Shown piece after piece: positions 14,349 to 20,000 of a stretch of 20,000 bases of DNA. Location: positions 54,817-74,816 of the IMG/VR virus record IMGVR_UViG_3300027741_000051; one strand, written 5' to 3'. Within the stretch, counting starts at the first letter, position 1, and every line of letters begins with the position of its first letter. The DNA is from an uncultured virus (IMG/VR IMGVR_UViG_3300027741_000051). Its lineage: Duplodnaviria > Heunggongvirae > Uroviricota > Caudoviricetes. A program made the position numbers and the translations under genes. The notes beneath the pieces are model-generated. The model saw only the letters and a list, made by a program, of their open reading frames with translations, made no database searches and was not told where the DNA came from.

Positions 14349-15353
14349 ATGGCAAAAACATTACAATTTAGAAGATATACAACAGCAAATCTTTCAAGTA
14401 TAACTGGAGCAAATGGTGAATTAATTATAGATACAACATTAAATGCAATTACAGTACACACTGGTAGTCAACCTGGTGGTTTTTATACTGCAAATGCTAT
14501 AACATTACAGGCAGCATTCAATCAGGCTAATGCAGCATATGCACAGGCAAACACAGATTTAACCTATCTTGCTTCTAATGTTGCAATAATTTTAGGTATA
14601 GATGTTACTCAAAATAACACAGGCAATTTAGCTTTTGCTCAAGCCAATGCGGCTTATAGTTCTCAAAACGTAACTGGTAGCTATGCCAACTCAGCATATA
14701 CAGCAGCTAATGGTGCCAACGCAAATGCAATTTCATCCGGTGTTTATGCTAATTCTGCTTTTTCTTCTGCAAACGGAATTAATTTAACACAAAACACCAA
14801 CATTACGGCTGCGTTCACTCAGGCAAACTCATCATATGGTTCACAGAATACTACAGGCACATACGCCAATTCGGCATATACAGCAGCCAATGGTGCCAAT
14901 GCCAACGCAATAACCTCTGGTACATATGCTAATGCCGCGTTTTTAACAGCCAATACACCAAGCAATGTGGCAAATTCTGCAGCACTCTATGCTAATGCGG
15001 CTTTCACGGCAGCCAATACCGCAGCAAATACAATACCACAAAATCTACAAACAACAAATTATGTTTTACAAGTATCTGATGCAGGTAAACATATTTACTA
15101 CACTCAAGCATCCAATACAACATTGTATATTCCCAATTCGGGACAAGCATCATTTCAAAATGGTGCAGCCGTATTAATTGTATCACAAACAACATCAGCT
15201 GCAAATGTAACAATAACACCAAATACTGGCGTGTCATTGTATCTTGCAGGTAATACAACAAGTGCTTCACGAAATGTTACTACATATGGTATGGCAACAT
15301 TAATGAGGGTTGCTGCAAATACATGGTTTATTAATGGTACGGGAGTAGTATAA
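14349..15353 (+). CDS. Accessory fibre: Mtd-N-like N-terminus, Ala/Asn repeat shaft, C-terminal knob
   Basis: The N-terminus LQFRR.T......TGA.GELIIDT.....VH.G..PGG resembles the N-terminal domain of Bordetella phage major tropism determinant-type fibres. Same ANSAY repeats as the first ORF. C-terminal NYVLQVSDAGK...ATLMRVAANTWFING. Confidence 0.75.
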   Translation: MAKTLQFRRYTTANLSSITGANGELIIDTTLNAITVHTGSQPGGFYTANAITLQAAFNQANAAYAQANTDLTYLASNVAIILGIDVTQNNTGNLAFAQANAAYSSQNVTGSYANSAYTAANGANANAISSGVYANSAFSSANGINLTQNTNITAAFTQANSSYGSQNTTGTYANSAYTAANGANANAITSGTYANAAFLTANTPSNVANSAALYANAAFTAANTAANTIPQNLQTTNYVLQVSDAGKHIYYTQASNTTLYIPNSGQASFQNGAAVLIVSQTTSAANVTITPNTGVSLYLAGNTTSASRNVTTYGMATLMRVAANTWFINGTGVV

Positions 15354-16666
15354 TGAGTGGAATGATGGCTATGGTAGCCAGTAATTTTCAAAGAACTATT
15401 ACTGCTTCAGTGTTTACACCAAGTTTGGTCTATGATTTAGACGCAGCTAATTTTGTAGCACTTCCTAGTACAGGTGGCAGTTTTAATTTAAATGGCACCA
15501 GTCAGTATCTTTCATTAGCCTCAAGTGCTGCATTTGCGTTTGGAACTGCCGATTATACAATAGAAGGTTGGTTCTACACTACTAGCAATTCAGGAAGATT
15601 ATGGTATTTTGGAACTAACACCGATAATGTAGACCTTAATGGTAATGGTGGTATTTTTTACTTCAATGGAAGTCAATATCAAAGTGCTACCAATACAGTA
15701 ATAAACTTAAATACTTGGCAGCATATAGCGTTAGTAAGAGCCAGCGGAACTGTAACACTATTTGTAGATGGAGTTTCTGTAATGTCTCAAAGCGGAATTG
15801 GATATGATAGTTCAGCTAATAGAATACTTGAAATTGGATATAGTTCATCTCAAGCCAACAATTATTTTAATGGTCGTATAAGTAACTTTAGAATAGTCAA
15901 GGGAACAGCAGTTTATACTGCAAACTTTACTCCACCAACACAACCACTTTACCCAATTACAAATACAGTATTGTTTATACAACCACAAAATAGTTCAACA
16001 TTGTTAACTGATTATAGTGCAGCCCCACTTACTGTTACAAATAATGGTACTGTAACATATAATTCTGCAACACCATTCATATATGTAAAAGATGCAACTG
16101 GAACCTATAATATAACCCAGAACAACGGCACTTCACTTTCTTGGAACAGTGCTAATGGTGGATCGTTTGCTAAATCAAATAGTACAGGAACAGATTATAT
16201 TTACGGTGGTCCAAATTATGTGACTGGACAAAGTTATACAGTATTCATGGCATACAAACTATCCGCAACATCTTCTGGTAGACTATTAAATACTCAAAAT
16301 GAAGGTGTTAAAGATTGGTTGATGGGTGCTTATAATGGTAACCCAAATACTTTTTATCCAAACTATGCTGTTAATTTACCATCAACTGGTGCTGATACAG
16401 TTTGGCACTTAGACTGGGCAACTTGGGATACAACTACAAGTACTGGTAAATTGTATACATCAACAAGCACGGCACCATCAGCTGCAGCATTCACAGTAAC
16501 AAATGCTGCTGGTGGAGGTTTTAATCAGTTAAGAATGTTTAGCCGAGCAGCAGGCACAGAAGTTCAATCGGGTAATATTGCATTTGTCAAAGCGTACAAT
16601 GGTGTATTAGCTTTAGCGGATATTCAATCACTCCACGCAACATATAAAGCAAGATTTGGTTATTAA
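15353..16666 (+). CDS. LamG/concanavalin A-like lectin domain protein (two nested domains)
   Basis: FAFGTADYTIEGWFY, WQHIALVR.SGT..LFVDG, YFNGRISNFRIVKGTAVYTANFTPP; outer domain LVYDLDAAN...NGGSF...KAYN..L...DIQ......KARFGY. TAATG-coupled to the upstream gene. Confidence 0.8.
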   Translation: MSGMMAMVASNFQRTITASVFTPSLVYDLDAANFVALPSTGGSFNLNGTSQYLSLASSAAFAFGTADYTIEGWFYTTSNSGRLWYFGTNTDNVDLNGNGGIFYFNGSQYQSATNTVINLNTWQHIALVRASGTVTLFVDGVSVMSQSGIGYDSSANRILEIGYSSSQANNYFNGRISNFRIVKGTAVYTANFTPPTQPLYPITNTVLFIQPQNSSTLLTDYSAAPLTVTNNGTVTYNSATPFIYVKDATGTYNITQNNGTSLSWNSANGGSFAKSNSTGTDYIYGGPNYVTGQSYTVFMAYKLSATSSGRLLNTQNEGVKDWLMGAYNGNPNTFYPNYAVNLPSTGADTVWHLDWATWDTTTSTGKLYTSTSTAPSAAAFTVTNAAGGGFNQLRMFSRAAGTEVQSGNIAFVKAYNGVLALADIQSLHATYKARFGY

Positions 16667-16680
16667 ATACGGATTATAAT

Positions 16681-17097
16681 ATGAATACATTTGAAAAAAA
16701 CATGGAAGAAATATTTGATATTGCTCCAAAACCAGAAACACCAGTTGTTGTGAAACCAGAAACACCTGTTTCGCAATTAGATTCAAATTTAGAAGAAGAT
16801 TTGAACGATGCCTATGAGCAGACTAAGACCAATCTTCAAGACTTGATTGACCAAGGCAAAGATGCAATGGAAGAAATATTGATGATTGCAAAAGCAGGTC
16901 AACATCCAAGAGCATTTGAAGTGTACGGAACACTACTTAAAAATGTAGTAGATGCAAACAAAGAACTACTTGCAGTACAGAAGCAGATGCGTGAAATGAA
17001 TAAACAAAATCAACCATCAGGTGCAACACATATAGATAAAGCCATATTTGTTGGTTCAACTTCTGAACTTAATAAATTAATTAAGGGCAAAGAATGA
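16681..17097 (+). CDS. gp16: Terminase small subunit, T4 gp16-like
   Basis: D..DAYE..K.NL..LI..G..A, HPRAFEVYG.LLK and IFVGSTSEL.K motifs; directly upstream of the large terminase. Confidence 0.93.
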   Translation: MNTFEKNMEEIFDIAPKPETPVVVKPETPVSQLDSNLEEDLNDAYEQTKTNLQDLIDQGKDAMEEILMIAKAGQHPRAFEVYGTLLKNVVDANKELLAVQKQMREMNKQNQPSGATHIDKAIFVGSTSELNKLIKGKE

Positions 17098-18773
17098 TTA
17101 ATAAAGATTCATACCGCGATAATCCTCTGTTAAAAAAAGCAGGGGTGCAAATAAAGTTCTCCAAAGAACAAGTGGAAGAATACATGAAGTGTGCAAAAGA
17201 TCCAGTATACTTTGCAGAAACTTATATCAAGATTGTCAACGTGGATCAAGGTCTGATACCATTCAATATGTGGCCATTTCAAAAAGACATGATTCGATTA
17301 TACCATGAGAATCGTTTTGCAATCACAAAATGTCCTCGTCAGGTTGGTAAAACAACAACCTCGGTAGCATATCTTCTTTGGTTAACACTCTTTACAGACT
17401 CACAGAACATTGCAGTCCTGGCAAACAAGGGATCACTTGCAAGAGACATTCTGGCTAAGTATCAGTTGGCATATGAGAATCTTCCAATGTGGTTGCAACA
17501 GGGTATCATTACTTGGAACAAAGGTAATGTTGAATTAGAAAATGGTTCTAAGATTATTGCCGCATCTACCTCATCATCCGCAGTTCGTGGAGGTTCTTTC
17601 AATGTAGTATTCTTGGATGAATTTGCTTTCGTTCCTGCAAATATCGCAAACGAATTCTTTAACTCTGTATATCCTGTCATTTCTTCTGGTAAATCTACCA
17701 AGATTATTATTGTATCGACACCAAACGGTATGAATCTATTCTACAAACTGTGGATGGATGCTATTGGCAAAAAGAATGGATACAAGACTTTCTCTATTCA
17801 TTGGTCTATGGTTCCAGGTCGTGATGAAAAATGGAAAGAAGAAACTATCAAGAACACCTCACTTGAACAATTCAGGCAAGAGTTTGAATGTGAGTTTTTG
17901 GGTTCCACCAACACTTTGATTTCAGGTGAAAAACTCCAACAATTGGCATACATGGATGCCATTTATGAACACGACAAGGTTAAAATCTACGAACAACCTA
18001 TCAAAGAGTCTGATGGAGAAAATCAAAAAGACCATCTGTATGCAATAACGGTAGACGTTTCTGAAGGTCGAAACATGGACTGTTCGGCATTTAATGTAAT
18101 GGACATATCACATACTCCATACAAACAGGTTGCAACATATCACAGTTCGTCTATATCACCTGTATTATTTCCAACTGTAATCTATAATACTGCAAAATTG
18201 TATAATGATGCATATGTTCTTGTAGAAATTAATAACACACCACAAGTGGCTGAAACTTTACACAATGATTTAGAATACGAAAATCTTTGGAAAGTGTTTA
18301 CTGGTAACAAGAAACCACAACAATTATCGGCAGGTTTTGCAAGAGGTATTCAGCTGGGTCTGAAAATGTCACCTCAAGTCAAACGAATTGGTTGTTCTAA
18401 TCTTAAAATGTTGATTGAGGGTGATAAACTTTTAATCAATGATTTTGATACTATTTCAGAATTGACCACGTTTGTTGCAGAGAAAAACTCTTTTTGTGCG
18501 GAAGAAGGTTCAAATGATGACTTAGTTATGTCTTTGGTGATTTTTGCATGGTTAACTACTCAAACCTACTTCAAAGAAATTGTTAGCCATGACATTCGTA
18601 AACAGATTCAATTGGAAAGAATGAATCAGGTTGATGATGAAGGCTTACCAGAAATGATAATGGACGATGGTAGGCAAATGGAACTTGAATTGATTGGTGG
18701 CGATTTGTGGGACTCTACTGTTGGTGGAGATACCTATGGTTCTTTCACGCGAGATATGCTCAGAAATATGTAA
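17094..18773 (+). CDS. gp17: Terminase large subunit, T4 gp17-like
   Basis: Walker A PRQVGKTT, Walker B VVFLDEFAF, motif STPNG, FRQEFECEF, nuclease VDVSEG and DDLVM; ATGA overlap with gp16. Confidence 0.98.
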   Translation: MINKDSYRDNPLLKKAGVQIKFSKEQVEEYMKCAKDPVYFAETYIKIVNVDQGLIPFNMWPFQKDMIRLYHENRFAITKCPRQVGKTTTSVAYLLWLTLFTDSQNIAVLANKGSLARDILAKYQLAYENLPMWLQQGIITWNKGNVELENGSKIIAASTSSSAVRGGSFNVVFLDEFAFVPANIANEFFNSVYPVISSGKSTKIIIVSTPNGMNLFYKLWMDAIGKKNGYKTFSIHWSMVPGRDEKWKEETIKNTSLEQFRQEFECEFLGSTNTLISGEKLQQLAYMDAIYEHDKVKIYEQPIKESDGENQKDHLYAITVDVSEGRNMDCSAFNVMDISHTPYKQVATYHSSSISPVLFPTVIYNTAKLYNDAYVLVEINNTPQVAETLHNDLEYENLWKVFTGNKKPQQLSAGFARGIQLGLKMSPQVKRIGCSNLKMLIEGDKLLINDFDTISELTTFVAEKNSFCAEEGSNDDLVMSLVIFAWLTTQTYFKEIVSHDIRKQIQLERMNQVDDEGLPEMIMDDGRQMELELIGGDLWDSTVGGDTYGSFTRDMLRNM

Positions 18774-18784
18774 AAATTATGTTT

Positions 18785-18792
18785 CATAAATA
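18785..18792 (+). promoter_or_regulatory. T4-type late-promoter-like motif upstream of the tail sheath gene
   Basis: CATAAATA (7/8 to TATAAATA) in the 72-nt gp17-gp18 gap; AAGGAG RBS at 18831-18836. Confidence 0.6.
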
Positions 18793-18845
18793 ATTCATTG
18801 GTATAAACTGCCAAACATCAGAACAATATTAAGGAGAAGACACAA

Positions 18846-20000
18846 ATGGCGCAAATAGCTCAATTATCTCCAGGCGTAATTACAACCGAAACCAACTTAA
18901 CAACAGTTGTTCCTTCAGTTCTAACTACAGCCGGTGCTTATGCAGGAGCCTTTAACTGGGGTCCAGGCAAATTAATTACAACAGTTGACAGCGAAAGAAC
19001 TCTTGTTAACATTTTTTATCAACCAGATTCAAATACTGCTTCTTCCTTTTGGACAGCTGCTTCATTTTTGGCATACGGAAACAATCTTCAAGTTGTTCGT
19101 GCAGTTAATTCTGGAACTAAAAATGCTGTTAATGCTGGTACAGCTGTACAGGTTTTGAATAAAGATGCTTTCCAATACACATTACTAAATTCAGGTGCAT
19201 CTAATTCTTACGGCGCGTTCATTGCTCGTTATCCAGGTGCTTTAGGAAACTCATTGACAGTTTCTGTAGTTGATGCTGGTTCTAATACAACTCAATTTTC
19301 TTCATGGAATATTGCATTGTATAATGTTGCAGGAACAAATTATGCAAACGTAGCTCTTGCAGGTTTCTTCAATGGTGCACCAAGTACAAGTTATTCCACT
19401 ACACAAGTTGGTGGTGCAAATGACCAAATTCACATTGCAGTTGTTGATACTGGTGGTTTGTTGTCTGGAACAAAAGGTACAGTTTTAGAAACATTCGCGT
19501 ATCTATCAAAAGCAGTAGATTCAGTTGATTCTCTTGGTCAATCAAATTATTACAAAAATGCTGTTTTCAATAACTCAAAATATATCTATGCAGTTGATCC
19601 AGTAAATTATTCTGCAACGAATGCTACATGGGGTAGAACAGCAGCCAATACAAGTTTCACAACTTTAGCTACACCTTATACATTACCAATGACTGGTGGT
19701 GTTGATGTTGCTGTTACAGATGCGGATGTTATTTCTGCTATGGCATTTTTTACAGATACTGCACAAACATCAATTTCATTGTTGACAACAGGTCCATACA
19801 CAAATGTAGCCGTTCAAACAGCAGCTATCAACATGGCCGCTACCCGTAAAGATTGTGTTGCTTTTGTTTCACCACCAATATCAGCAGTTGTCAATAATTC
19901 AGGAAGTGAACAATCAAGTGTTCTTTCTTGGATGGCAGGTCTTTCTTCATTGACAGGCGGACCAAATGGTTCTTATGGATTTGCGGATTCTGGTTGGAAA
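18846..20000 (+). CDS. gp18: Tail sheath protein, T4 gp18-like, 3'-truncated (absent from the ORF track because there is no stop in the window)
   Basis: MAQIAQLSPGVITTETNLTTVVP...AGAFNWGP...AASFLAYGNNLQVVRA...ARYPGALGNSL...RKDCVAFVSP...DSGWK; the frame is open to the window end. Confidence 0.96.
   Translation, partial: MAQIAQLSPGVITTETNLTTVVPSVLTTAGAYAGAFNWGPGKLITTVDSERTLVNIFYQPDSNTASSFWTAASFLAYGNNLQVVRAVNSGTKNAVNAGTAVQVLNKDAFQYTLLNSGASNSYGAFIARYPGALGNSLTVSVVDAGSNTTQFSSWNIALYNVAGTNYANVALAGFFNGAPSTSYSTTQVGGANDQIHIAVVDTGGLLSGTKGTVLETFAYLSKAVDSVDSLGQSNYYKNAVFNNSKYIYAVDPVNYSATNATWGRTAANTSFTTLATPYTLPMTGGVDVAVTDADVISAMAFFTDTAQTSISLLTTGPYTNVAVQTAAINMAATRKDCVAFVSPPISAVVNNSGSEQSSVLSWMAGLSSLTGGPNGSYGFADSGWK

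Noticed and set aside
16662..16669. ATTAAATA as a late promoter for gp16
   Set aside because: Only a partial consensus match, overlapping a TAA stop in AT-rich DNA. Possible but not supportable.
17094..18773. Intein or intron in the large terminase
   Set aside because: 559 aa, continuous, with normally spaced ATPase and nuclease motifs.
18775..18814. Hairpins or terminator between gp17 and gp18
   Set aside because: Only 5-6 bp AT-rich or wobble stems and no U-tract.
1..20000. Stop-codon reassignment (no gene ends in TAG)
   Set aside because: All genes are full length in the standard code with no internal stops to read through. TAA preference is expected in an AT-rich phage.

Overview
This 20 kb window comes from a T4-like (T4 superfamily) myovirus genome, and every credible gene is on the + strand. 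The right half is the conserved T4-type morphogenesis block gp13-gp14-gp15-gp16-gp17-gp18 (neck, neck, tail terminator, small and large terminase, start of tail sheath). A two-gene fibre + lectin insertion splits it between gp15 and gp16. The left 11.5 kb lies where T4 has its gp12/wac fibre genes. It is a tightly packed array of 11 accessory fibre/adhesin-like genes built from re-used modules: an uncharged Ala/Asn repeat shaft, four Gly-rich (polyglycine-II type) domains, LamG-like, SPRY-like and carbohydrate-binding-like domains, and small partner proteins. Main observations: (i) recurring C-terminal and N-terminal motifs in adjacent genes, suggesting a plug-and-socket branched appendage system; (ii) GC-rich patches at conserved segments alternating with AT-rich variable segments inside single ORFs, plus DNA-level homology at domain borders, suggesting cassette shuffling; (iii) a perfect hairpin with a late-promoter-like motif in its loop next to the gp13 RBS; (iv) a lectin domain nested inside another lectin domain; (v) one accessory domain shared by gp14 and gp15. 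Family names come from motif recognition by eye, not from database searches, and GC and identity values are hand counts.
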